DNA of 64,000 nt. Source: Euprymna scolopes (Eukaryota). The stretch lies in the NCBI GenBank assembly GCA_053919585.1, contig CM132813.1. One strand, given 5' to 3'. Positions 27,301 through 41,099 of the stretch are shown here, in pieces (the stretch's first letter is position 1; every line of letters starts with the position of its first letter). Made by a program: the position numbers and the translations under genes. The notes under the pieces were generated by a model. That model was not told where the DNA came from and did no database searches. It saw nothing but the letters and a program-made list of their open reading frames with translations.

Positions 27301-30300
27301 AAGTGGTCAAATACTAGTGAGATGCCTGTGTGATAAGAATTAGGAGTGAATGGAATAAGTTCAAGGAACTTTTGCCATTACGAATACATGATTTTATCGT
27401 ATCACCATGTTGAAAGAATTGATGAGAGTTCCTGGGTTCAAATATTCCTCAATGCTTGAATTAATTTATGAGAAATTCCATTGTAATTGTTCTAATTAGT
27501 CGTAATTTGCAATTAACTCACTAATTTACCAATCTTTTAATAAGTTTCTACCATCTTAACCCTCTTTCAATCTATATTGTGACTTTATATGCTGTCTCTC
27601 ATGCTTCTCTCTTTCTATCTCTCTCTGTTTATTAATAGTTTCCTTCTATTGTTGTTTTCCTTTAACCCTTTGCCTCACTATTTCTCTATGGACAAAGAGA
27701 GACAGCAAAAAGTGTAGTAATACTATTTAACCATAGCTGGAAAAATATATATGGCGAGCAGAAGCTCGCCATATATATTTGATCTTTATGTTCAAAACCT
27801 AATTGACTTTTCAAACTTACTTTTCTTCATTAAAAAAAAATAACCCAAGTTTAATGACTGACCTAACAGATCACAATGTTTCTTAACTGTTTGCATTGTG
27901 ACAATCAAATAAAATAAAATGCTTTCTTTGTTTAAAAAAGGGACATTGAAAAGCTAAGAATATTCTTTGAATATGTTTGTTGGTATTCAGGTGCAATTCT
28001 TGAGGTAAGAACAGTTTAACATTTTAATATTTCATTCTTTTATGTATCATAGTTGCATTCTTTGAAATGTCACATCTGAGATTTTTCAGCTACAATCTGG
28101 AAACTATTGTTTTTATGTTGCTCATTTACTTAAAATGTTGGATAAATGTAGTTTTCAGAAGTTACAACATTAAAAATAAAAAACGAAAATTTTATTGCAC
28201 ATGTGTGTTAATCTGACTTAAACTAAAGTTCTATCAAATTTCTATTTTGTAAAAAAATATGTGAAAACGTTTATCCTTTATAAAACATATGATTTATTAA
28301 ATAAATTCCGAATAATTCATTTTGCATTTATTTATTTGTGGATAATAGTCCATAAATAAATGTAATAATTGCCCATTCCAAAATGATTCTAATAATAAAA
28401 ATATGATATTCGGTACACACCCGATGATAGAAGACCACATAAAAACGAAAAAACTTGGATTTATAATCTCCCCCCCCCTCCCCCCCAAAAAAATCCAAAC
28501 CTGATCCCTCTTCAGGGCCCATGGCACAGTGGATACAGATGTTGAATCTCTATGATTTCAGGTAAGCATTGTCTGAAAACGGTTTCAATCCTCCCCAAAA
28601 CCGGCCAGAGGCTTAGTTGGCCAAAACATTGTGAGACGACAGCAACTATGAAAGGCAGTAATTACTAAGGATAAAAGTTAAAAGACGCAGCATTTCTATC
28701 CTGTCGCGGTTCACCACTTAACGAAAGCCAGAGGAATAGTTGGACGAAACGTTGTGAAACAACAATTAGAAGATGAGNNNNNNNNNNNNNNNNNNNNNNN
28801 NNNNNNNNNNNNNNNNNNNNNNNNNNNNNNNNNNNNNNNNNNNNNNNNNNNNNNNNNNNNNNNNNNNNNNNNNNNNNNNNNNNNNNNNNNNNNNNNNNNN
28901 NNNNNNNNNNNNNNNNNNNNNNNNNNNNNNNNNNNNNNNNNNNNNNNNNNNNNNNNNNNNNNNNNNNNNNNNNNNNNNNNNNNNNNNNNNNNNNNNNNNN
29001 NNNNNNNNNNNNNNNNNNNNNNNNNNNNNNNNNNNNNNNNNNNNNNNNNNNNNNNNNNNNNNNNNNNNNNNNNNNNNNNNNNNNNNNNNCAAAGTTTATG
29101 CAACCATATTTCTACATTACCAATTTAATTGAAATTTTCAGAAAATCTATCTGTAAAGTCAATGAAAAAATACCACTTAGATGTAATAATAACATTATTA
29201 TTTAAAAAGCCATTCTTAACATGGGGAGGGTGTTTTGTACCTATTCTGTACTTTAACCTTGCAATTGAATAAAAAAAAAACATAAAACTTTAATTAAACG
29301 TGGAAATACGATTTAAAAAATAGCGCGGATCACTCTCTGCATTAGCACCGAAAAATGTTACTAAACGTTTATTAATAATTTCTCACTTTTACAAACATTT
29401 GATTTTAAATTTCTTTTTAAATGACGACTTTTATGGATTTTTTTTTTAATAGTATTTGCGGATGGGTATGTTGACAACTAATCCCCCTCCCCCAAATGGT
29501 GTTTATTCCGAAATCTGTTGTTAACATGGAGAGGTTGAGGGTGTTTATTCTGAAAGCTGTTCTTAACATTTGTGGAGGTGGACCTAATGTAAAATAAATA
29601 AATAAATTAAAAAAAAACTAAATCATTTACTGATAACTTCTCACTTTTACAAATATTTTTAATTTACATGCGCGGATGAACAAATTGTTGAATAGTGCGA
29701 AAACAAAACGTTTTTGTAATAAACTTCGGGATAGTTTTTTGGGTAAATATTTACATTTAGGTCCACCTCCACAATTTTCTTTTTTAAATGACGACTTTTA
29801 TTGATAAATAAATTTACTTCTTCGCAATTTTATTGATAAATAAATCTACTTCTCTGCAATGGGCACTGAACCCCTCCCGTTTTTTAAAAATAGTATTTTC
29901 AGGTGGGTATGCTGACAACAAATATCAGTTAAATTTTGCAAATACCCCCCCCCCTCCAAAAGTGGTGTTTATTCCAGAAGCTGATCTTAAGATGAGGAGG
30001 TTGGGGTGATTATAAGGTGGACCTAATCTAAAAATATAACAAAAAAATAAAACAAGTTTTTTAAATGATTAAAATAATTTCTCACTTTTACAAACATTTT
30101 TACATGCGCACATAAGCAACTATTTTTTAACTTTTTTTTACTTTTTTTATTTAAAAATTAGTAAATTTCAATGAATAGAATAATAAATCATTTATCATTA
30201 ATATGTGTTTTTGGTTTTGTGTTGAATGAAACTTTTTTTTTTTTTCATTACAACAATAATAAACCAATTTAAATCTTTCGGCATGCGTTTAAGGGTTACG

Positions 30301-32289
30301 AAATTATCAATAAATCGTTTAGTTACTAAGCCAACATCAGTAAATAAAAAAAATGTTACGTGCACATTGACTAGGGGGGGAGCTAAGGGAGCGACCATTA
30401 AATAATTATGCTGGTCACCATGGAATTCAACGCCCAAGGAGTACATAAAGTGGCACTTATGCACTTATGTTATCGTGCTATTTTTTAAAATAGTATTTTC
30501 ATGTTAAATTCAAATTTTACAAAATCTTTTTCTTTTATTAATTTGTTAGGTGAAAGTACAGATAACCCGGTCGGTTTCTAATGCATGGAAAATCTAGCCC
30601 CCCCCCCCAAAAAAAAAGGGTTACTCTGGATAGTAAAAAAAATTAAAATTACCTCAGTCTCGAAAGATTTCTTCTCTACTGAACGAGGAAAAAAAACGGT
30701 GAAGTGTAGTTCACCTTCTGTTTCTCTCCCCCTCTCTCTTCTTCTCTTAATATCTCTCTCTATCCATATCTCCCTTTCCCTCTCTCAATCTATCTTTCTC
30801 TCTATATCACCCTCTCCATCTCTCTTTGAGCCCCTTTCTCTCTCTAACTCCCTCTATCTCTCTCCTTTCCTCTGTCTCATCCCTCTCTGTTTCTAACTCT
30901 CCCCCTCTCTCTTTATCTATCAATCGCTTTATCTCCTTCTCTTTCTCTATTTTCCTCTCACCTTCTCTTTTCTATCTATATATCTTCCTCTCTATCTGTC
31001 CATCTCTAATCCCTCATCCTATTTTAGTCTCCTAAATTAATTACAGTGAATAAGGCATTGTCAAAACATGGATAATTCTTATTTTAGTCACCTAATTTAC
31101 TGACTGTGAGAATAGAAGTTATTTGGAAATTACTGCTACCTTGAACAGCACCAGAAGTAACTGGTAAAACCTTTCTAATTAAATTGATTTTGGCAGCCAT
31201 TTGGTAACAAAATGACATAGCCTTAGCCCTTGCTGCATGAGGAATACCTGCGACCTTGCTGCCAAGTAGAAGAATTATTTATTCTACTTTAAAACATTCG
31301 ATTTTTCAAAAATTTCATGTTCGACATCTCCAAAATATCCAATATGGGGAAAAATATTGCAGAAATGCAAGTTTATTGTTTAGGATGAATGCACAATGGT
31401 ACGCAAAAAATCACTTGAGGTTCGTGGTCGATCCTTGCAAGATTTGCGTAGCAATGTCAGACCATTTGGGAATGCAGTAATATTGCTTGCAGGAGATTTC
31501 AGACAAATGTTACCTGTTATTCTTCAATCAACATCAGCAGATGAAATAAATGCTTGCCTCAAATACTCTACTTTTTTGTTCCATGTGAAGACATTAAACT
31601 TAACTCAAAATATGCATGTCCAGTTGCAGACTGTTCGATCCGCACAAAATTTTTTGCATCACTTGTGGGAAATTGGGTACGAAAAAGTGCCAGCTGATCA
31701 GAGTTAAGGGCAAAATTCTTTGACTTTAAACTTCTGTAATTTCTGTAATTTTATTTCATCAAAAGAACAGTTAGTTTAAAAGGTTTTTGCAGATATTCAA
31801 ATTATAAGAATTCCACTTGACTGAGTGAATGAGCTATTCTTGCAGGGCAATACAAAGACGCCCATGAACTTAACATTATTATTCAATGTAAAATTCCAAG
31901 TGAGGTAGTCAACTACAAATCCATCGACACTGTTGTGAGAGCAGATAAAGTGGTTAATTATCCAACAGCTACATTTGCCAGGGATGCCACCGCATGTATT
32001 GCAACTGAAATTTGGTGTACTAATTATCATGTTGTGAAATATAAACCAATCCAAGCTTTGTTTTTTCACATGGACAATTTATGTTACGTATTCAAGAGTT
32101 ACCAAACCAGAAATTCTCTATATCAGCTAAGAAAATGGAACAACAAAAACTGTGCACCCATGCAAAATGGAAAATTAAACCTATAAGAAACATGCTTTTT
32201 CTCATTTTGGAACTTTTTCCATTGCGCCAATTTGAGCCACAGCAACGCATGGCAGGGTACAGCTAGTAAATAAATAAATATATAAATAA

Positions 32290-32340
<51 letters not shown>

Positions 32341-35293
32341 GATTCATCCAGCCTTGAATTTAAATATTCTCTCCAGTACTTTTAATGATTTGGAATTCAT
32401 TCCATTTGCGCTTTTTCCAAGGAACTCTGCCTTTTGGATTATTTTGGACCATTTGGAATTTACCTATTGGATTGAAATTTTAAATTCTACCGTTTTGGAT
32501 TTTACCATTTTTGGATTTTTACCCTTCACCGGACTGTCCATTCATGTGAAATCTTTTTATTTTTATTTTTATTTTGCCTCCTGTTCCCCTTACCTCACCC
32601 TTTTTTTTAACCAAGTAAGATATGTAACTTACTTATAGTTTCATTAAATACGTTTATATGCAAAATCCGATCCTGCATTTTGCTAATTCCTGCCCTCTGA
32701 TGAGAAGGAGAGTATTTCTTCGAAACTCCGCAGATTAAGGACTATCCACTTGTTTCCTTTTTTTAAAATTAAATATGTTTTTAACTCTTTTTCAAGATGT
32801 CTTTTAACATGTTTTATTAATTATTTGTTCATTATATATATATATATATATAAATTACTCATCTCTGAAAGATTCCAATCATAAAAAGAAATAATTCATT
32901 ATAATTGGATAATTCTTAGTTTTGGGTGATTGAATAAAAATAAACGGTCTTGGTTTATTTACAAATGATATCTTTGTTGTAGGAAGGGGAGAATCTATCA
33001 TAGATTGTGGGCGGGGGGCAGGGCACGATCTCTAGCGTCAACATTGTATAGTTGCCAGACAAGATGATCGCTTTCTTCTGTATGATTCAATTTGTATTTA
33101 AAAGTATGTGTTGTTGACTTGAATTTTCATTTCTTTACCTTTTTCATATTTAACCTTTGACATTTACTGATAAAAAACAAACTATTACTGATCTTTTCTA
33201 AGTGGGCAGAAAAATATGCAAATAGAAACTTAAACCTCTCACTCGTTTTATTTATTCTTAAAACATGTTTATAGAAGATTGCAACCAAAAAAAGGGAACT
33301 TTCTCTTATGTTAATGTGTTCAATCCAGTTCACAAGCCAGGCAGACATTTTGATAAGTGTCTATAAAAAGAATAATTTATTCAGTGAATTGTGTATTTTA
33401 AAAGGCAACGTTAGTAAAAATGGGTGAGAGCCATAGCAAGAATGGCCTATTGAATCAAAGTAGGTGTGCGATTTATAGAAAAAGTAGAAGAATACTCGTT
33501 CCATGACAGGTAAAATTAATTCCCCAAACAGTTTTGCACCATTTTTATAATCTCCTTATGAAAATTAAGATCGAAATATGAGAATAAACCTTATGTCTAA
33601 ATATAATCCTTATTCCAATTTTGATCAAAACCCAATTACATGATTTTGATTCTAGAAGATTTCTAAAATTTAAGGTTTAAGCTCAATGAATATTAAGATT
33701 AAATTGAAATTCAGGAAATATTGTTCAATTAGTGTATTTTGACTATGGATCAAATTAATGAAAATCTGAACTCTTCCACTTTTTGCATGGGAGATTGTGC
33801 TCATATTATGCTCTTTAAAAATACTAAAAAAACCCTGACACTTTGAATATTTATTAATTGATGTCTAATACCTATTATCAAAATTTTTCAAGTATTGGAG
33901 TATCTAAATTTTCACCCACTTTTTATCACTTTGCATGTTAAATCAAATATGGCTCACATTTGAAGCCCTTATGTTTAACAACTGTGTGGCAGAATTCATA
34001 ATGATCAGTTAATTAGTTAAGGAGTGAATTCTCTATGTTCAAATATATAAACATACGAGAGAATTGCAAAGAGAAAGAGCTAGAAAGTAACATGTTGATA
34101 AAAGTAAATTATAAATAGAAAAAAAGAATACAAATAAAATATATCTAGTTTTATTTTCTTTCTTTTATTAGGAGGAGGATTCAGAATGGTATAATGGATA
34201 CCACTCAGTAATACTATTAAAAATGTATACCCCCCTCCCCCCCACACACCCAGCTCTTACTATGGGTAACAAGAAATGCTTTCTGCCACCTTGGAAAACT
34301 TCATTTATTGCTGTAATTACTATCTTTATATTAATTAAATTATATAACCACTTTTCAGCAAAATGTAGCACAAGGTCAGAAGGTGGGGAAAACCCTTGAG
34401 GGGGTACGTTAGTCAGATACAAAAATAGTTAAGAATATGTATTCCCCAGGTGATTTGCAATAATTTAACATATATGATGCCTGAGATGACGCATCTCTTA
34501 GGACTGAGCCAAATTATACCTTGCTCTGACAAAAGAAGCTCACCATAGAGGCATTCCTTAGTGCTGGTTAGTTGCATCATATGTTCTCAGGATCTTTCAT
34601 TATTCAGGTGAAGAGCATTCCACATTGCCATCTATATATAACTTTGTTTCCTTCCAACTAGCTTAACAATTATTTCAAAAATATCTTCTTACTATATATA
34701 TCACATGATTTCACTTGACCAATCACAATTCCGTATGTCTTGTACCCAGTCTCCTTCACTGTCTTGGCCAATCAGAGTTCTCTGTTTTTTAGCTTCTATC
34801 CTATCATTAGAAAGAACTCTTAAATTGATAATTGAATATATGTACAAATTTTGGTATTCAGAAAACTTTGTACAACACTTTTACTAACCCCACTTGCTGA
34901 CCCCTTGCTTCAATTTTCCCAGGAATCCAAGATGTTAACCTTTTTGGCTGCAAGTCCTATTCAATTTCTTTAACAAATGATGTTTTTATACACTCTACAA
35001 GTCTTCAAAAAACAAAACAAAACAAAAAAAAAAAACGAATTTCATAGGAAGACATGTAAAATTGCCAATACTGAAAGAGAATATTTGCAAAGTTCTTGTA
35101 ACTTTTATTGACACAGCTGCACATAATGGACGCTCTTCTACCATTCCTCATGTTACCCGGTTGGAATTTCCTTTGCTTTTTCTTTTTGACACGATTTTAC
35201 AAACAGCAATGGATTGTTATGATTTCCGGTTGACATGAAAACCAAATGTTCAATTTTGCTGATTCCAATTGAATGTCAATCGACAATATACTG

Positions 35294-35326
<33 letters not shown>

Positions 35327-38300
35327 CAGTTTTCCTAATAAAATTGTTTAGAAATTTATCAGTATTTCCTTATTCTTATTTAAGCATATCGGTTAATTTG
35401 TAGGTTTATGTATGCCGGCACTGAAGTAGATCCTCATCCTTTTCTTTTTAGTATATTTTGTAAGAATTAATGTGGTTTAGAGAAATCAGAACCCTAAAAA
35501 CATTTAATTATGAAATTCACTCTTGGGTATGGAAGACCCTAAAGCCTATAATTACAGCGTTTGAACAAAATAGTAGAAACATGTTCAAGCAAATTAATTT
35601 TGATATTGGGTAGGATCACCTTTGCCAGTAATTATAGCTTGAATTTTACAAGATATGAATTTGTACAAAGTTTGAATAGGTTCCAAAGAAATTTTTGTGC
35701 ATTCTTCAACTAAAGTACATTCTCAGTTCTTGTAGTGACGACGGTAGGGGATATCGATTCCTTACTTGTTATACAAAATGCGTTATAAATGTTGAATAAT
35801 ATTTGGATCGAGGGACTATGGTGACCAGATAACATGTTCAACTTGTAATTATTTTTAGTTATGACATCAGCTATATTCTCAAGTACGTTAGCTGGTTCTT
35901 AATATTGAAAAGTGACATTGTTTTTACGTCAATCTAATAATGCTTCAGCATCAATTGTGTAAATATGACTTTTTAAATGATTAGGTTTTTATAGTAATGA
36001 GTTACCACTTACCAAGGCCAAAAGCGACTTGAGGATAAGGGTTAATGAGATTATCAGATATTATGAGATGAATGAAAATGGTAAAAGTTGTTTACATCAG
36101 AGTATTCCGTAACAAGTATTTGTTGACATTGGACTTGAAGGCAACTATGTTGTAGAAAATAGGGAAGCATGCCCACAACTATAGATGAGAGGTTCTTTAA
36201 AAGAAACTCTATTCCTGAAAACTCCATTTGGTTTTAAGTACAAGGAAGGAAAGGAATTTTTTTCCGCTGATAATAGAAACTAGAATTCTAACTGTAAATG
36301 TTTTACTGGTATTGGAAGTCAGTAAAAAAATAGAATAGAGAAAGACTAACAACGTCTGTTTTGTGAAAAATAGGAATGTAAAACGGTCATTCCCCACTAG
36401 ATTGCAAAGTCGATTTTGTACTCTGTCAAGGCAAGAGAGAGTGCTCTGAATTGCACATCTTCTAACATGACAGCAATGCTCTATTTTAAAATGTACCTGA
36501 CTCTTATATATGTAGAGGATCGTATTAGGAGTCAGGTATCTTCTGTAGTGGTAGAATGATGCAACTATTTTATCAACAACCATAGTAATAGATATGAGCC
36601 ATAGTTATCCCAAAATATTATAGTGGTATCTCTAATCTATATTTATGAACTTCAAATTTGATATGAATCTTACCAAGGCAAATTGCTCCCAAATGGTTTC
36701 TTTCTTAAAACAGAAGGGATAAAACAGAGCTACACCCATACATTTTTCTTTACCTTCAATTAGATTTAAACTATAGTAACTTTGCACAAAATTTTATAGA
36801 TTCATAAAATTTGAGCAAATCTTGACAGTTTTAAGACAATTTAGTGGCATTATTACAAAATTAGAACTTTTCTAAACTCATAAGCTCATTGTGTAGGTTC
36901 TATTTTCACCGAGGGCAGAGATAGATGCAAGGTTGGTTTATATAACTTCCTGCTTCATTGACCGATGATAGAAAATATAAAGAACAGTATCAGAACAGAT
37001 ACTGCAGCTTGCTCCCAACCAAAAAATGAATGATGCCAACAAAAGTCAATTGTTTTTATTGCATTGAATATTTAAAGATCTAATCTCTTGCACTTGTTGA
37101 ATGGTTTAAGTGTATCTGTCCTGCTAATATGCTTATGTTTTGTGTCTTTCAGAATATTTTGAAACATTACGATGAAGAGAAAGAAGGTTTTGATGTGTTA
37201 TGTCAAGCTCTGACACACATGACCAGTATGGCGCAACACATCAATGAAATGAAACGAAAACATGAACACGCTGTCCGTGTACAAGAAATTCAGAGCCAAT
37301 TGTTAGAATATGATGGCGCTGACCTAACTACACTTGGTGATCTTGTCATTGAGGTCAGTTGATGGAAAGACAAAACATCTGTTTTATTACTCAATCTTAA
37401 TTCTTTTTTTATTACTTTGAAATATTTTTGTTGTTTTGCTTAAGAAGTGTTTTTTTTTTTGCATTTCAGTTTTTATTTGTGAATAGTTGAAATTGTTTCA
37501 TTAAATTTGTTAGAATTTTTAATCAAAGAAAACAGTAGAGGAAGAATACATAAATTTATTTGAAAAGATAATTTATTAGAATTTTCTAGTTATTATTTAC
37601 ATGTAGTCGAGCTAGTTGCACTATTTTTATTGTCACCATTGTTATGCGTATAATCTATTTCAAGCGAAACTAACTTGCAAAGATAAATTTACTTTTTTTA
37701 GGTCTTTGTAATCATAAATGCACTGGTTGAAGAGAAACTATGTGAGTCTAATTTAAAGGCAAGTTGTAAAACAACTTATCAAGTTAATGGATTCATTTTA
37801 TATACTTTCCATTACAAAGTGATTTTTTTTAGTTTTATCAGAAAATTCATTGAATTTAACAGTTTTCATTGTGAACCTTCAAATGATATTTAATATTGGA
37901 TTTTTCTTATGTTTGGTTGAATTGTCAAACTCTTTTTAAATTTAAGTATTATTTGATTAACCTAACATTTGCAGTTTTTAATTTCTACCTTTTAATATTC
38001 TTTCTAAAATAAATCTTTTAAAAATTATAAATTATGAAAACAATGTAGCTTCACAATTTGATATAAAGTCTTACATGAATGTATTTTGTTTGAAAACCTC
38101 TGATTTAATAAATGGATACATTCTTAATGTCATGTTTAAAAAATTTTGAGATAAGGATTGATTATTTGAATCCTTCAAACTACTGTTTTTATTTTGGATG
38201 TTATTTTCACAACGTTTCGGCTGATATAACCTCTGATCTTCTTCAGATCTTTTGAATGTTGAATATTCAATCCTCAGTATAAGAAAACATAATTAAGAAT

Positions 38301-40196
38301 TGCTTAAAACTTTCACCTGGCTGTTGTTGATAGAACGAGAACAATCTACCTCATGCATTACAGAAATGGTTCAATTCAAAGTTCAATGCAAATTGTCAAA
38401 TGTTGTAAGAATAACATCCAAGAATAGTCAAAATTTCTTTATAGTATAACACTAGCAGACCGCTGGGCATTGCCCGGTCGTAAAATATGCTTATATATGA
38501 TATTTTCTATTAATGCAGATTTTGTATTATTATATTAGACCCAATATATATTGTAATAGTTTAAAAAATAAAAAAAAAATGACATGTGCACAACCACGAA
38601 GATTCAAAACCAAAACGTTTAGTTTACAATTTACTTTTTCCTTTGACATTAATGCCTGAGCTATGAAGACATGTTGGTTGCAAGGCTAAAAATTAAAACA
38701 TAAACTGATAGCTATTACGTTACACATGCATTTTTGTAATGCCATCGTTCGACCGGGCAAATTATATTTTTAAATTTTCAAACTTTTGCACCAATTTTCC
38801 CTGCCCAAATATAAAGTTTTGCATGGGTTCGAATACCATATATATTAAGTTTCATGTCTGTAGACGAATAACTGATAGGAGTTTGGTAGGCGACATGTTT
38901 TAAACAAATATATATTCGCATACATACATAGAAAGAGGTTTGTGTTTACTATAACCTTTTTACACAAATATTACCCAAGTATAAATTATGTATTAATATA
39001 ATTACACGTAATATATTATTAAAGATGATCATCCCATAAGAAAATAAAAAAATAATAGGGAATTAATTAAAATGAATGTTTAAAAGATTATGCAAATTAG
39101 CTAGATCTTTTGCAGATGAATGCAATTCCACGACCCATATATAAAAAAGTTGTATTGTTTTTATAAATAGAAAAATATGAATTATCAATACACAAAAACC
39201 TTATCAATACACAAAAAACTTATCAATACACACACCAAAAAAATTAGATTACACTTTGCATTTTCTTTTGAATTCACATTAAAGTTGAAAAGAACATGTG
39301 CATAAAAAAATGATTGCTTTAATTTAAACTATTTTTTTTCTCTTTGAAGGGTTCACTCCGAATATGCGGTACAAAGACATACCGGCAAGTGTTCTTGTTT
39401 GAGAAGGCTGTACTTATAACAAAAAAGAAAGAGGAAGGCATGCTAAGCTGTAAAAGTTTTATTCAGGTACATTTCTTATGTGGATATTATATGCATATAC
39501 ATGTATGTTTAAGTGAACCCCGTGTTTATGTAGACATGCTCTTGCATGCTAAAATGACCAGAACTGTTATGTTTTACATAAAAACACATATTCAATGATT
39601 TTGTGTCATTTTATTTTTCTTTACCACCATATTTACCACCATATTTACCTCAATGTTTTCATTTATATCTTGTATTTCGCAATGTTTGGATGAGATAAAA
39701 CGTTACACAAATGGCTTTGCTATAGCTGCATCCATTTTACCAATATGTAGGATATTATATTTAATTCTCTCTCGTGTCTGTGTGTAAAAATGGTGTTGCG
39801 TTCACAAAACATCAAAATAAACTCAAAATGAGTCCTTGAATCAAGACAGTAAAGCTTGCAGATAAAAATACTCAGTATCCTCTCTGATAGAGATTTATAA
39901 CAATAATAGATAATTGATTTTTGTATGCATATATAAATAGTAGTGATGGGATAATTTCAATATTTTCCTGATTTCTGGTACTAATACTGATTACAATTTG
40001 CCTTAAAAAAAGTTGAATTTCATTTTTTTTTTTTTTTGTGAAGGGGGAATTCTCATCTAGATATAATTTTTTTTTTAATTTGTCAAACCTATTAATTTTT
40101 TCACAAGTGTATCATATCCAACATTTTGATAAACTCATTGTGAGATTTTTATCTGTATTTTTCACTTGTGTCAGAAATAGAAGATTAAGTTTTAAA

Positions 40197-40238
<42 letters not shown>

Positions 40239-41056
40239 CAGTTGATGAATCATATGAACCTATATAAAAGTTAATAAATCGTTTTTGGAATTGGAAATTA
40301 GGCTCAAATTTATTCGGGCCCAAAGATTTTCAATTTTTCTGATTCCAATGAATCATTTCAACACTAAGAAATAGACAATAACAATTTAGATTCTAATGAC
40401 CATATCTTTATTTATTTATAAGGTCTAAAACTTTTGTGGTCTGTTTTATCATCATCCAGACAAACATGGTACACAGATATACCTTGGATTTCCAAAAAGG
40501 CCAAAACAGTATCTCCCCACCCCTAAAAAAGACTTGCATTTTAAATAAGAAACATGAAGCAACAAACTTTAATTCAATATTTAAACAGATTTTTTGTGGT
40601 ACAAAAGTTAATAATAGCTTTGAACAAGATATTCGGAGTCCTGCCGAGCTGGGAAATAAATAATTCGTTAAGAGGAAAGCGACAATCCGTTAATAAAAAC
40701 GATTTAAGAGTAAATTTATATATTCATAAATTAGTGATTAAAACAACAACAAAAAAATAAAACATCAAGACATCTTTCAACCTATACATTGTCAAGAGAA
40801 AACATTGGTGGTTACGATTTAAGAAAAAAAAAAAAAATAGTAAATATCATTTAGAAAATAAGTTGTTTTTTTTTTCCTCTCTAACGTGGGGTGAGTAAAT
40901 GGAAAATTAGACAAGAAAAAATAAAATTGTCGCCAATATCAGGGTAAAAAAAAAAGTAAAAAAGAGTAACACCTAAAATCCGAACAAATATCAATAGAAT
41001 GTATGCAGATAATTAAATATACACATTCACAATATGTGTATAAGAAAAACAACAAT

Positions 41057-41099
<43 letters not shown>

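Noticed and set aside
30585-31035. Ser/Leu-rich ORFs
   Set aside because: Translation of a CT-rich low-complexity tract.
39181-39232. Short 2-3 copy tandem duplications (19-mer here; about 24-mer at 49982-50056; 16-mer at 23603-23636)
   Set aside because: Ordinary slippage products with no further structure.
40760-40800. Possible 3' pLTR hammerhead of the Penelope fragment (CUUGACAAUG...GAAAGAUGUC on -)
   Set aside because: The core deviates too far from CUGANGA and stem II is not convincing.
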